Under the pieces are notes generated by a model. It searched no databases, was not told the DNA's origin, and saw only the letters and a list, made by a program, of their open reading frames with translations. A program made the position numbers and the translations under genes. DNA of 64,000 bases, from NCBI GenBank assembly GCA_964106645.2, contig OZ067046.1; one strand, written 5' to 3'. Below, in pieces: positions 34,367 to 47,316 of the stretch. Position 1 is the stretch's first letter. Every line of letters starts with the position of its first letter. The stretch comes from Podarcis pityusensis (taxonomy: Eukaryota).

Positions 34367-35720
34367 CTGTTAAGAGATTGGAAATATAACAGTGTTTTTG
34401 AATGCTTAACTTTCCATTATTTATTAAACGCCAAATTATTGACACTATTCATAGCAATCAAGAGACTTCAAAGCCTTAAAATAGCCTGTGTTAGCTTACT
34501 GATTAGCTTCTCTCACAAAATTGAATTCTCCATTTGTAAGAACTTTATTCTATATGCCACAAGTCTATAATCATTTTAAAAGTGGAATGAATGGCTTTTC
34601 TATGGGTAAAAATTGTGGTGTCCTGTTTGTACATAACACTACGATAATTTTATTAATCCATGTTTTAGCTAATACGTGCAAATCATACCCAGTGGTTTAA
34701 TTATGGTTCATTTACTTCCAGCAAATCATCATCTGAAGCCATGGTTTATTTTTAGCTTATGAACTTGATTTGTTTTAACTATGGCTTAGTGTAATGCACA
34801 AACACTCAAGCATTATTGGCTAGTTGGGCTACTGCATCCCAAATGATCACCAAACTACAAAGGCACAAGGCAAAACCAGCTGAAAAACAAAGCAAGAAAC
34901 TGTTGTCTGATCATCTGTGGAATAACTCACGGTTTATATAAGAAACCATGGCTTAACATTAAGCACAAATAGGTACAGCTTCTGCCCTAAATTAGCTTAT
35001 TGCAAAAATTGAAACAAATGTGCAGAGATTAGCTAGAGTAGGCATGGGGAACCCCGGCCTATGTGCCAGATTTGGGCTGCCAGGCCTCCCCACTTGGCTT
35101 GTGAAGCCATTTCCCAAAACCATTCCCACATGCCTCACAACTGATGTCATGTGATGTTAGATGTGGGGCAGGTGGAGACATGGTTGGATCAGCTGCTTAC
35201 ACAGCCAACCCCTAGGGAATGCAGGACCAAAATATCTGCACATCGGCTCTTGTCTGGCAAGTTTAATCCTGTGGGGCTCAAGTGCATGAGCTAGGTTCCC
35301 CCACCCCCACCCCAGGAACTAGCTTGCACATTTGAACCCTGCAGAAATCAGGATGCACAAGGAGTTGAACCATGCTGGGGATTTCAATGCGAACTCCCTT
35401 CCTGGTCAGGGATACTTTTGTTCCATTTTAGCTGCAATTTCAGTTGTCCATCCCCTTTCTTTTCTCTAGGCAGGGAGATGGTGTCCACTGAAATAGTTGT
35501 AACTTCAGGTGATCTGAACTGATAAGTCAAAAAGGCTCCCCCGCCCCACTGAGTGAGAAAGCTAGTGATTAACATGCAAGGCAACAATTCATGCTGTTCT
35601 CTTTTTTAAAATTATGCTATCTGTTATCAGGCAATCGTACTAAAAATTAGACTAAACAAATGGAGGCATTTCCAATTTTCCTGTAACTTTACTATTTTTC
35701 TATTGCAATTAAATGCTTAC

Positions 35721-35942
35721 ATGGAGTTCTAATGATTTCAAACTCAAGTCTGCAAATGTATCTCCCAGCTGTCTTTGGGTATTCACCATCTGGAAAAGCT
35801 GTGTGGACAATGTTTGTGCCAATTTCAGGACATTCTCGTACTTCTTTTTGTTATCCCTCAGTATTTCTATTTGAGCTTCCAATTCCAAATCTACTGTTCG
35901 TGAGCCTCGACCCAGCTTCTCAGAGATAATCTGGCGAGTACA
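35721..35942 (-). CDS. ARFIP1: Arfaptin-1 coding exon (222 nt), AH/BAR domain
   Basis: cag|CTRQIISEKLGRGSRTVDLELEAQIEILRDNKKKYENVLKLAQTLSTQLFQMVNTQRQLGDTFADLSLKSLELH|gtaag. Confidence 0.97.
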
Positions 35943-37761
35943 CTGCAAAGTTTGCAAAACAAAGTGTAAAATTACAATTTTCTTACAATCAGGCAGTATA
36001 AATATTTTGCTAAATAAATAAAACACACCCAAGAAGCTTTCTTCACAATTCGTAGCCTGTTTAGGACTCCAAAAATTATATTAAAATACTGAGTACACCA
36101 CACTAGTGATTCAAATGTTGATCTAGAACTCTAAAAAGTAGATCTGTGATCCCTGTAGTATGTATCCACTCACTTAACTCTGTGAAAAGCCAATTAGAGC
36201 AAGCTAGTACAATTCATACTGGTTCTGTATGCGAAAAAAGAACAAGTGTATTTTTCTGATTAAAGGGTAAAAGTGTCATTTTGGGTTACTGCTGCTATGT
36301 AGCCATTCGAGACTGAAAAAGCTCATTAAAAAGATTTCAATTCATCCTGAAAAATAGAGAGCAGATTTTAGTATTAGTCAATCTTCTGTGTGGGCTTAAC
36401 ACACAAAGAAACTTACCAATACTCTGAATAGTAAACCAAGCACAGGGCCACAATGAAATGTGAAGAAAGAAACCACTGCATTTTTTTAAAGTTGCAGGAA
36501 CTTTAATGAGGAATACTGTCCTAAGCAACTGATGAGGCAGCCAAATGGTGAACAGATAAACAGAAAGCATGATCAAGAGCAAATGCAGCAAAGTTTTGAA
36601 ACAATCATAATTCTTAAAATTTTCCATCAACAAAAATGATCAAACATGAAAGCACAGAATGATTTGGGATGCACATAATAGACTCTGAGAGCAGGGAGCC
36701 AATTCACTACCTGCTTAAAATTACCAAGTTCCATATGGACCAGTTCACACAACAATACAATTTCCTGATTCTTCATTGAAAGAAATTCTAACTTTCAATA
36801 GGTATACATGTAAATGGAAAAAACAATGTGGAAGTTATGGATCACAGATATAGCCAGTTAGCCACTCCCATATTGAAAGTGGCATTTATATACTGTAACT
36901 GCTGTGAATCAGAAAATGAGGGAGGGAATGTAAGCATGTGAGCCTGAACTTTGTTGAAATAACGCATGCAGATCACCCTTAACATGCTATGTCAACATGC
37001 AGAAGTGAGGTGCACAAAGCTGAGGGCAAGGTAATCACAGTTAGCCCATGGACACATTTTGTCACTCATTTATAAATGAGCTCAGGCGCATTAAGTTTCT
37101 CCATGTGAGGAGCACATACATATGGGAAAGATGTAATGTGTCTTTGAACTAGCTATTTGAGGAAGAAATCCATTAATGGTTACTTATACTACATTTTCCT
37201 AAGCTGAAATATGCTGCAAAATGACATAATAAATTATACACCCTAAGCACAAAACAGCACCATTAAAACACACACTGCCCCTTCTTTTGCAATCTAAAAT
37301 CTACTGACTACATAATGAGCAGCACACATAACAATGAAATTCGAGATCTTATTGTGTGTAAATCTTACACACGTGTTGCATTTCTTGCCAATTTCAGCAG
37401 TTCTATTAGGAGATGACCAATTCAAATAACTTCAAAGCAATTACTTAATAGCCAACTTTATTAAGAAGTTCACACAGTACTCAAAATAATCTTGAAGAAG
37501 TAAATTTTAGAAAAACAAATTAGGTTCCTTATTACATGTCACTATTCCAAAAGCCTCTCTTCATCCCAAGGGGTCACTGTAGCAGAAGGAGATTAAATTT
37601 TCAAAATGCACGTCAGTCTCTTAAGACTTCTAATTCTGGTAAAATGCCAAATCCTTTTACATTTGAAGCACTGGAAACAGTGCTTCCTCTTAGCCAACAG
37701 GCCAAGAGAGAATGCTTAGCTTGCATCTGTGGGATCTAAACTGCAACTATGAAATACAAAC

Positions 37762-37874
37762 CTTGTAAGTATTTAGGCTCCATCTTCTTACAAGCTCCAG
37801 CTTTTCCATGGCTGGGTTCTTCGCCTCCTCTGCTAGCACAACTGGTCCACTTTTCTGCTGCATTCTTAGATTGC
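37762..37874 (-). CDS. ARFIP1: Arfaptin-1 coding exon (113 nt), amphipathic helix
   Basis: cag|(G)NLRMQQKSGPVVLAEEAKNPAMEKLELVRRWSLNTYK|gtttgt. Confidence 0.96.
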
Positions 37875-39759
37875 CTGTTTAGAAACCAGATGTAAATAGG
37901 CATGCTGAAGTGTGCCACTTAAACAGAAAGCTACAAAGTAAAGCATTTCCCGCTTCATTCTGAAGTGAATAGCACACTAATCTCTGTGTTAATATTATGG
38001 TGAACCTTAAAGAATAAGATTGCTTGGGTATTTGGATTTAAGTTACAACAGTCAGTAATTTGGAGATCTTAATTAAGAAGCTTTAAAATACTTTTATGAA
38101 CAGGATATTAGAAAATGCTACAAAGCAGACTCAATTAATTACTGCATTTGCCAGCTGTTGCATTGTTCACAGTATGAACTGATGTCCAAGTACACTGATG
38201 AATTAACAATTCTCTCAGCATGTGGAAAATATGCAGTATCTTGTATTTTCACTAAAGGCATATGTTGCAGTAAAGCTTATGAAGACTGGTTCTTTTAAAT
38301 ATCTGCATAGCAGTTATGGTTACAAGCCTACACACATTTAACTGGAAGCCAGACTGCTGAACTCTATGGGACTTGTTTCAGAGTTGAGAGGAACAAGATC
38401 AAGTCACAAGAGGACATCTACATGACATAGTAACTATGCCATTTCACTTTTAAAAAGATATGCAGACAGAATTAACTTCCCTATAACTAATATACAGATA
38501 GATAAATAAATAAATAGCTCTGACAGTTAAATACCAGTACAGCATGCTTGAGTGCTGCTCACTGTTGTCAAGGGAAGAGGCAACCCCATCTAACTTCTAT
38601 AGCACCCCATTACTCAAGAAGGCTTCAAATTTTTTAAAGCCGATGTCTTTCTGAGCTGTGATGAACCTAGGATGTGCCTACCATGTGTTTGCATGTGATG
38701 CATCACCCCCTTCAGATGTTTTGATGCTCAGAAGACATGTGTGAAGAATCACACAGTGATTCTAAAGTGACTCTAGTGATGACTACAAATACACTGCAAG
38801 GTAGAGGAGAGAAAGCAGCCACATTACAGTTTCGTCAACCAGAGGGCTTTTTTAGCGCACCATATTCCAAATCAGAATTATTATCCCAAATTCATGCAAT
38901 GATTCAGTTAGGCATCTCAATAATTTTGAAATGATCTTTTACCATGACCTTCAAAATCAAGAGAGCAGTGGAACCCAGCCATAAGTAGAAGTTAGTAAAA
39001 GAATTGCAAGCAAGGCTGTGAATTTTAAAATGTTACCATCAGCACTCTATATTTAGTGGCATTGAACTGCAGATAGGGAGTGCATAAAGTCTGCTCTTTT
39101 TACAAACACCCACCAGAAACAAGCACAGAATTGTTGGAAAACATTCCAAATTGCAACATATGCCTCACCTATACCAGTTTTATGATATGTTCCTTCATAG
39201 CAATACTCATACCTAACTAAAAAAAAAATGTGTGGCATTGCAGCTTGCTAGTACAAAGATGAACTGTCAGGATGGTGTTGACTCCCACAGATGATGTTAT
39301 TTTAGTATACAGGATAGAGCATGTTGAGAAGAAGCACACCAGCTCCTGCAATTCTAAAAGCTGCAACCTGAGATGTTTGCTATGTGAAAGCTAACAATCC
39401 AGTAGGAACATGTTTGGGCTATGACCTAAACATTAACAACCAATAGCAACTTTAGGAAGGTATCAATTCATTTGATTTCTGCAAATGATCCAGCAGAGCC
39501 ACAAGCAAGCAGATTTTAAATTGCTGTAAACCAAAGTATTATCAGTTCATTCTAAGTGGCTCATACAATTACTGGATAGCAAGTGCTTTCTATAACCTTT
39601 AAAATATGTTCACATTTCCAACCATGCATGAATCTAATTTTTAAAAGACTAAAACATGAAGGCCTCAGGTACATTTAGAGATTTCAGTGCTGATCACTGA
39701 CACATACTCTCAACTTCATCATACCTCAAATAATGTCTGCAGAATACCCTACACACAAA

Positions 39760-39891
39760 AGCCTTCCCCAAACTGATGTCCTAAATGGGTTTTGGGCTAA
39801 ACTGCCATCAGCCCCAGCTAGCATGGCCAAAGTCCAAGAATGATGGGAGGTGTCCAAAACACCTGGATGGCACCTGGATGGGGGAGGCTGC
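39760..39891. mobile_element. Degenerate hAT MITE related to 850-985
   Basis: gccttccccaaactg...ccatcagccccagctagcatggcc...tgatgggag...gggggaggctg, imperfect inverted termini. Confidence 0.55.
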
Positions 39892-40299
39892 CTTATACAA
39901 TAGACCTGGGAAATACTCTACCCTTTCAGAATGAAGTACCAACACTAGACTAACTTGATCAAAGCCAAGCAGTCCATGGTATAGCCTTGGAAATTATATA
40001 TTCCTGTTATAATGGAGAACTAATGGAACACCACTACCACTACAAGAGAAAACTGCAGTAGAAAGGTCATTCCTCAAATCATTCTCCTGATGATAATATT
40101 TGTTTGATCATGTTTAATAGTAAAGAAAGATAGTATACAGAAAGAAAAATGCACTGGTTACTTTGCCAAGTGACAGAACCATGAAAAAGCAGCTGTTATG
40201 CTTAGCAATAGCAAGTAAAGGAATCATAACAAATTATCTGCTAACTTGGGAGTTAGTATTGTATCAGCAAGAGTGTTATCTGCTTAAACCTCTGAATAC

Positions 40300-40395
40300 C
40301 TTTCGGCATAATTAAATCACTCCCTTGTTCAGCCAGTCTGCTAGCAGCTGCGCTGCTAGGAGATACAACAGGTGACATGGGTAATGACGAGGGAC
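40300..40395 (-). CDS. ARFIP1: Arfaptin-1 96-nt symmetric cassette exon
   Basis: cag|(G)PSSLPMSPVVSPSSAAASRLAEQGSDLIMPK(G)|gtattc. Phase 1-1, corresponding to the 32-aa segment that distinguishes long and short mammalian isoforms. Confidence 0.92.
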
Positions 40396-40805
40396 CTGAA
40401 AACGGGACATACACCATGAAAATCCATCCTTATTCGATCAACACATTACATGTACACAAAATACTGGAGAAACTAGACTGAAACTTGTACATCAACATTT
40501 CATGTTAGGGCTGCTTTGAAACAGAGGCAGCTCCATTATGGGGGCTGCTCCACAGGGCAAGCCCTTTTGTGTATACTGACCATTTATTTATCTCACCACC
40601 ACCACCATGAACTAGCCTTTAGAACTCAGCAGAGTTTTTTCATGTACAAATTCATTGAATGAATTGTGAATAGACATATTCTCCGGCCAAAGTGCTTTTT
40701 AAAAAAAAAACATACAAATGAGTAACAATGAATACTACATAGAATCCCTTTTCTATCATTAATGTATTTGTAGTAAATATTCTTAGTTCATCAGTAATTA
40801 CTTAC

Positions 40806-40914
40806 CTTGAAATGGTCCAGCTTCAATGATTCCCTCTTTGGTACTGTCGAAGCCATGCGATGTAATTTGGGTTTCAGACAGACCAAGTCCAGCTGGTATT
40901 GAGTGCTTCAAGTC
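40806..40914 (-). CDS. ARFIP1: Arfaptin-1 coding exon (109 nt)
   Basis: aag|DLKHSIPAGLGLSETQITSHGFDSTKEGIIEAGPFQ(G)|gtaagt. Confidence 0.96.
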
Positions 40915-41136
40915 CTTAGAAATGTTTGAATAAAAAGGGAAATCCATGTAAAGATCCCAGATAAAGGAACTTGTAGGCATTATAACAACCTATCAAGCTC
41001 CTCTATAACAAGGCATTTGACAGCCTAGAATCTAGTTTATGGTGTCATGAGATTCTATTATGATGACTTAACACAGTACAGCTTTGCAGTCTGCATCATA
41101 CATTTCACTTACATTTGTGAACCAGGTGCTATATGC

Positions 41137-41469
41137 CAGGGGTGTCCAACCAGCAGATCGATCCCTGGATGACTGTGGTGCACCGCGGGATCCCTATAGA
41201 TCGGCAGTAGTGATAAACAATAGAGTGAAAGTTCCCCCCCCCCACTGCTCTTTTCCTTTGTTGTGTCAAATGGGTATTTTGCCAACGAGTTAGAAAACAT
41301 CGTTGTTATAGGTGAGCGGTGTCCCCCCCCCAAAAAAAAGCTAACATGCTTTGCTATTCCTCCCTAAAAGAAGCTCAACAACTTTGGCTTCGTCCCCCCC
41401 TAAAAAAAGATCAACAACTTTGGCTCTACTGGGAGTAGTTCGCAGTCTCTTGGGAGTTGGATGTGCCTG
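41137..41469. mobile_element. hAT MITE with internal tandem repeats
   Basis: TIRs CAGGGGTGTCCAAC / GTTGGATGTGCCTG. TSD ctatatgc (41129-41136) / ctatatac (41470-41477). Three internal (C)n(A)nGCTCAACAACTTTG-like units. Confidence 0.8.
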
Positions 41470-42987
41470 CTATATACCAATGGTTTACAAGGACAAAGTG
41501 GTTTCTATTAGGAACTGGGGAGGGCAATATAACTTGTGGTCTAGAATGCACCTTGATTAGGTCAATATAGTACTTATATCCAATTTCTTTCCTAAAGGAT
41601 TTTGCTTTGACTTCAAGTATCCCTCTGCCATTTGGAAGGCTTAAGAATGAGACGAGTTCCATCAAGTTCAATGCAACTGCATTCTAAATAAATGTGTTTA
41701 GGACATTTAGGACAGAGTTTTATAATTTCTGCCTTAGAGAATATCTCTTAAGTTTGGGATACCTTACATATAGAAGCCACTTCTTGCAACAGTTTACTCA
41801 ACAAGCCAAATTTGGTGAATATAGTTATGAGATGATAATAAAACGTAACAGTTTCTAGCAAAAAGCTTTCTATTATCATTGTCCTCATCAATAAACTGAG
41901 CTAGCCCTAACAGCATGTTAGGAAAACGTGTGGTATCAAGCACAACTTAGTGCCACAAAGTCCCCAGGGCTCCATTCAGAACCAACCTGGGTCTGATACA
42001 GCATGAATTAAGGCTTAGACAAGAATTTGGATCCCACTGCTTCTTCCCCCCAATTTAACCTGGTTAAGGAGGGGACAGCAGATGCCCCAGATTTTGAGTT
42101 ATCACACAGCAAGCTACATTTCCTCCGCTGCTCAGTGACAACAAAGGGAACTGCTGGTATGCCCAGGTCCTAAGCCTAAGGTATTTACTGTTGCCAGTCC
42201 TCCATGCAACTGACCCACAGTTATGGGAAGGTTTGAGAAAGAGGACCTGGGAGCAAGGGCTGATTGAGCAATTCCAAAATGAACACAAATGTCAGAGATT
42301 TGCATCAAATTCAGAAGGTATTTGAAATGGTTAAAAAAACCCAACTCCCTCCATTCCCCAAATTGGGAACTATTTTACCTTAAAAAAAATTAAAAAGTTT
42401 TTTAGAAGTTTACAGTTAGACATTATGGCAGGCTATAGTTAGATGTTGCCAAAACAAACCCTTAGAAACTTCAGACTTACATGCTTCTGCTTTCTTCTTC
42501 AATCCTTATTTGCAGCAAACTATAGCTTGCAATTTTTTACATACAAGTAAACTGTAATTTGCACTTGCCTGTAGACTAGGATCAAGCTTGGTTTGTAAGC
42601 TGGGACAAACCCCAAGACAAACATGTATCAGAGGTAGGGACTTGCCATGTGTCAGGGGAAGGAGGGAGTGCAGAGTTCTAGGTTCATGCACATAATGTCA
42701 AACAATGGGCAGCATTACATTTGACTAAGACGTAAGGCTCAATTTAGACAAGCTATTAACTAAATTTAACTTTGGATTTGTGAAATATCTGAACTGATAA
42801 ACTATGGTTCATGACTTGTTGGTTAATCAAAATAGGAAATGGTTTCAAGTGGGTTTACAAACCTCAATATAAACAATTATGGTGAAACAAGAACCCACTC
42901 TAGTTGTGATTGCAATTTGTTTTAAACTGTTTTCAATGTTGTATTTTACACTGTGCTGACCAATCCTGGGACCTCATGATGAAAAGC

Positions 42988-43014
42988 TAATAATAATAAT
43001 AATAATAATAATAA
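42988..43014. repeat. (TAA)n microsatellite
   Basis: Directly visible. Confidence 0.9.
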
Positions 43015-43182
43015 TGAAAATTAAAGGAGACAAACATCTCTAGCCCAGGGTTTGCCATTACCTCTGGTAGCAATAGCATTGGCATGTCTGTGGTATGTTA
43101 GTGTACCTAAGATTTTCTCAACATAATGACTAATAATGGCTGAGTAGTTCAAGAAATACTACACCACAGTAAAATGAGGATA

Positions 43183-43423
43183 TAGTCAAACCTCAGTTGT
43201 TGAACATAATCCGTTCTGGGAGACCGTTCAACTTCCGAAACGTTTGACAACCGAGGAGTGGCTTCCAATTGGTTGCAAGAGCTTCTTGCACTCAAGCGGA
43301 AGCCGCGTTAGACGTTCAGGTTCCGAAAAATGTTCGAAAACCGGAGCATTTACTTCTGGGTTTTTGGCATTCAGGAGCTGAAACGTTTGAAAACAGAGCC
43401 GTTCGAGAACCGAGATTTGATTG
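43183..43423. mobile_element. Tigger/pogo-like MITE
   Basis: TA-(T)AGTCAAACCTCAGTT ... AACCGAGATTTGATTG-TA. The internal TAATCCGTTCTGG is shared with 17379-17619. Confidence 0.75.
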
Positions 43424-44821
43424 TATAAATGAATCCTACAGCTGCATCCTAATTTGTCCACACCAGGGCTGAAATCATAGAAGTCTGTGAGTCCAGGCTT
43501 CTCACTGCATGTATTCTGCTTTCATATTAAAAGTCAGAAACTTACATGCTAACTTACAGAAATAAGGAAAGTTGCAAAGGTAGCATTCTGCCACCCAGGA
43601 TGGTTAAGAAACACAGTTAACACCCTGCTACATTTCCCAGCATTGCATAGGCTGATCAACTAAGTAGGATTTTTTTATTTCCCCTTTTTTTGCCAGAAAT
43701 ACAACTTACATTTCAGTTGACTAGCAATCACTGCCCTGACTGGCGGAATAGGCACTGATTTCCTTTGGTATGGATGCTTATTTCTACAAGAAAACTATGT
43801 GTGGTTTGGGGTTTGTTAGTTTTTTTAAGGGGGGGGGGAGAGAGAGAGAAAGGGAGAGAGCGAGAGCGACCGCTGACTTATGGTGTTCCCCTCAGCCCTG
43901 GTAAATCCCCTTAAATACCCTCAACAAGATTTGACAAAGATATGAACCAGATTTGCTTTTCAGTGGCTTTCTCAACTTTATTCCCAGGTACAAATCTCAG
44001 TTTTCTGAATCATTCTGTTACTTGCCCATTCTGCTAATGCTCTATAGAAGTATGCTGCTCTGTGGGACCTCTGTACAATATTCCTCCCTAGAGTCACTCT
44101 CATCCCCTTACCACACCCAACTTCTGGCACATCTGAAACATTTTCTTGTTTTCAACTAAGTGCCAAAGTCTTATAGCAATGAACAAACACCAGGGATTAA
44201 GGCTTTAATCTCTAATCAAGAGATCCAGCCTCTATTGAGAAAGGTTGTCAGCATTAGTTTCAAAACCACAATGTTAATGACCATAATAGGCATAAAAAAC
44301 CATGCCAAAAGCCTACCCATATCTCAATTTTTAGCTCAATGCTTTAAAAGGTTTTAAAAAACATGTATAGTTTCTGTAACTTTTTCAAGGCCTGGTTGGA
44401 ATAGGGCACCTGCTTTATAGACAACTCTCTCACCAACCTTTTGTCACTTTAATGTAATTCACTGGCAACTCTTTGAAATGCAGAGTTGACAATGACCAAA
44501 ATCCACAAAGAAACATAAAAATGAATGATGCCTATTCTCAGCTGCCTGTAGCTTTAACTGTTATTAATATGGGTGACCGGACCAACAGGCTGGAATCCAA
44601 ATGGTCCAAGCTTCCCCAAACAAACACTCATATAACTACGTATAGGCTACCCTCTATAACATATCCCCCCACTATTCAGCCTATCTCTAACCCTAACTCC
44701 CCTTCTCCCACATTGTATGTCGGCACAACACTCTAGGTTTGACAGACAATGTAAGGGGAGATACACACAGGACAACCCAGACGGGTTGGCAGGAAAACAT
44801 CACATATAACAGACATACAAA

Positions 44822-45945
44822 ATGGCTAGCTTAAAAGCAACTGTACTAAACTTGAGGGAACTGGGAAACCCTATCAAAAGAAAACACATCACCTCGTATG
44901 TAAGCACAATGAAATCACACATTGCCTTTCTACAGGAAATACAAATACAGGAAGCAAACTCCTGAGTGAACCCTGCTTCAGTCAACAATGGGTGGCCCCT
45001 GGCTCAGGTAAGGTCTGCGGGGTAGTCATAGTACTCAGTAGAGACCTAAATTTTAAAGCCACAACAGTGCTAAAAGGCAGATTCAATTTTGCTAAAGGGG
45101 TACTAGATGGGAAACTAAACTGACAAATGGATCCATAAATGCCCCAAACACAAAACAACTAGAGTTCATCCAAAAGACACTAAGCAAATTCCTCTCCTCC
45201 TCCAAAGGGGAAGCAATCCTAGGAGATGACCTCAACCTAAATATGAGAGGCACCTCCCTAAAAGACATCCATCCTACAACCCCATGGGCAACCTTCCTCA
45301 GTGGAAAACCCCAAACAATTAGAGACTCTTACAAACTACTGAAAATTCAAAGAAACAGAGGCCTTTATGACATCCAGGGAGAAAAGAACCTAGAAGACAC
45401 CAGCCACACATTCCAGTTTGAATACCATGGCACAATGTCCAGACTGGACAGAATTCAGCTCACACGAGGCCTGTTCCCCATGGTAGAAACAACAAACATT
45501 GGTAACATTAAAATCATAGAGCACACCTCAGTAGAAGTTACTCTCAAAATAGGAGAGGAAACACAAACAACCCCATCACGGTCCTTTAGCCCCGTCCTAA
45601 TCACAAACCAACTGGCTAGAGAGAGTCTCTTGAAAACTCTCCAAAGCTACTTTAAGGACAATTATGTGGGCAACATAATAACCCCCTCCTCTGGGACACA
45701 ATGAAAGTGGTCACCAGAGGAGTCTGGATAAAGGAGAGAGCATCCCTTAAAAAACAAACCTCAAAAATTGTTAAATTAGAACAATAAATTATGACCCTCT
45801 CATCACACTACAAACAGGAGCAAAAAACCTCCTTAAACTCATAAAACAAAAAAGAAGGGAAACTGAATCTCTAGAAATCAATAAAACAATGATTAACATC
45901 CTATACTCTAAACAACGCTTTTACAAATATGGAGGGAAGAACTGG
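44822..45945 (+). mobile_element. Degenerate L1-clade LINE ORF2, APE endonuclease region
   Basis: MASLKATVLNLRELGNPIKRKHITSYVSTMKSHIAFLQEIQ, then across frameshifts GVVI, INAPN, ILGDDLN, HGTMSRLDRI, LWDTMKVVTRG and KQRFYKYGGK: the ordered L1 endonuclease and post-endonuclease motifs. Confidence 0.85.
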
Positions 45946-46959
45946 GGCTGATGAAGGGGAAGCAAGATTCATGTAGCTGCTCCTTTGGGGGCTGATGGAT
46001 CCAAGTCGACTTCTGGGGAGGTAAGGAGTCTCCCAGGGGGCCCTTGGACCCCACGCCAATGTCAGATGCTGGAATGTGCTGCCCTACAGCTCTGACAACT
46101 TTAGAAAATGAGTTTGGGAGCTAAAGTCCCATGTCAGAAAATCTGCAGAAACTGCATTTTTGGCAGCTGTGAAGCCTTGAGTGACTAAACGAGTAACATA
46201 GACCAAAACCAATTCTAAAAAGGGGGCAAAACCCAATATATAGGTCACAGTGCAGAATTAGTTATTGGAAAGTCTGCCCTACACACCAGGCATATGAAAC
46301 CCCCTTCCAACTTCCCCCCTGCAATATTTCTCCTCCTCTGTGGGGCACACCTAGAAGTGCTAATATGTCAAGTGCTCCCAAATGAGCAAAGATGAGTGAT
46401 GCAAGCATTCAAATGACAAAGATAATTTCCTGACATTATTTATACAGCACAAGGCAGTAACTTTACTTGTGTGTCCTGCAGAATAATTTAGTCTGCTGGG
46501 TTTCCTGTCCTAAAGAGTAGTTAAGAGGGACCTGCCAGCCAGCCACTCCATTGAATGGGCTACCAGTAATGAACTCAAGGGTGCATATACTTTCTTCCAT
46601 TTGAACTCCAGCAATTAATGTGATAACGTCTATTCAGCATTACTCAAGAACAGATTTTGAAAGCATTTTGTAGCTTCCAGTTTAACAAAGTGATAAGAGG
46701 ATTCCGACTAAAACATCAGGAAAAACTTTCTGATGGTAAGAGCTATTGTTTTCCAATGCACTGTCTACATAATTAAATACCTTAATCTCATCAGCTCTGA
46801 ACAGAGCTGATCTTTTAATACAAGTTTGCAGCAATTAATTTCTACTACTTTCGCTATGCAAGGGACTTGGGAGCAACATGGAGTTGTGTTTAGGAAATCC
46901 TTCTGACAGACAGGCAATAATGATTTCCTTCAATCAAAAGCCTTGGCACCGTTTTAAGT

Positions 46960-46990
46960 AACAGCAGCAACAGCAGCAGCAGCAGCAGCA
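46960..46990. repeat. (CAG/CAA)n trinucleotide repeat, intronic
   Basis: Directly visible. Confidence 0.9.
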
Positions 46991-47005
46991 TTTAACATCC
47001 CACAC

Positions 47006-47316
47006 CACGGGTAGGCAAACTAAGGCCCGGGGGCCGGATATGGCCCAATCGTCTTCAGATGGTCCGGGAATCAGTGTGTTTTTACATGACTAGAATGTGT
47101 CCTTTTATTTAAAATGCACCTCTGGGTTATTTTAGGGGCCTGCCTGGTGTTTTTACATGAGTAGAATGTGTGCTTTTATTTAAAATGCATCTCTGGGTTA
47201 TTTGTGGGGCATAGGAATTCGTTCTCCCCCCCCCCCAAAAAAAATATAGTCTGGCCCTCCACAAGGTCTGAGGGACAGTGGACCGGCCACCTGCTGAAAA
47301 AGTCTGCTGACCCCTG
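47006..47316. mobile_element. Charlie-like hAT non-autonomous element with internal duplication
   Basis: CACGGGTAGGCAAACTAAGGCCCGGGGGCCGGAT ... AGTCTGCTGACCCCTG, with TSD tcccacac / tcctacac. Confidence 0.85.

Noticed and set aside
41320-41425. Repeat-spacer-like array (CRISPR-like)
   Set aside because: Three degenerate tandem units inside a hAT MITE with no unique spacers; vertebrate DNA with no cas genes.
45243-45704. 153-aa ORF as a host gene
   Set aside because: It is an open stretch of the decayed L1 endonuclease region.
46960-46990. CAG repeat as a polyglutamine exon
   Set aside because: Intronic, antisense to ARFIP1, with no flanking splice sites.
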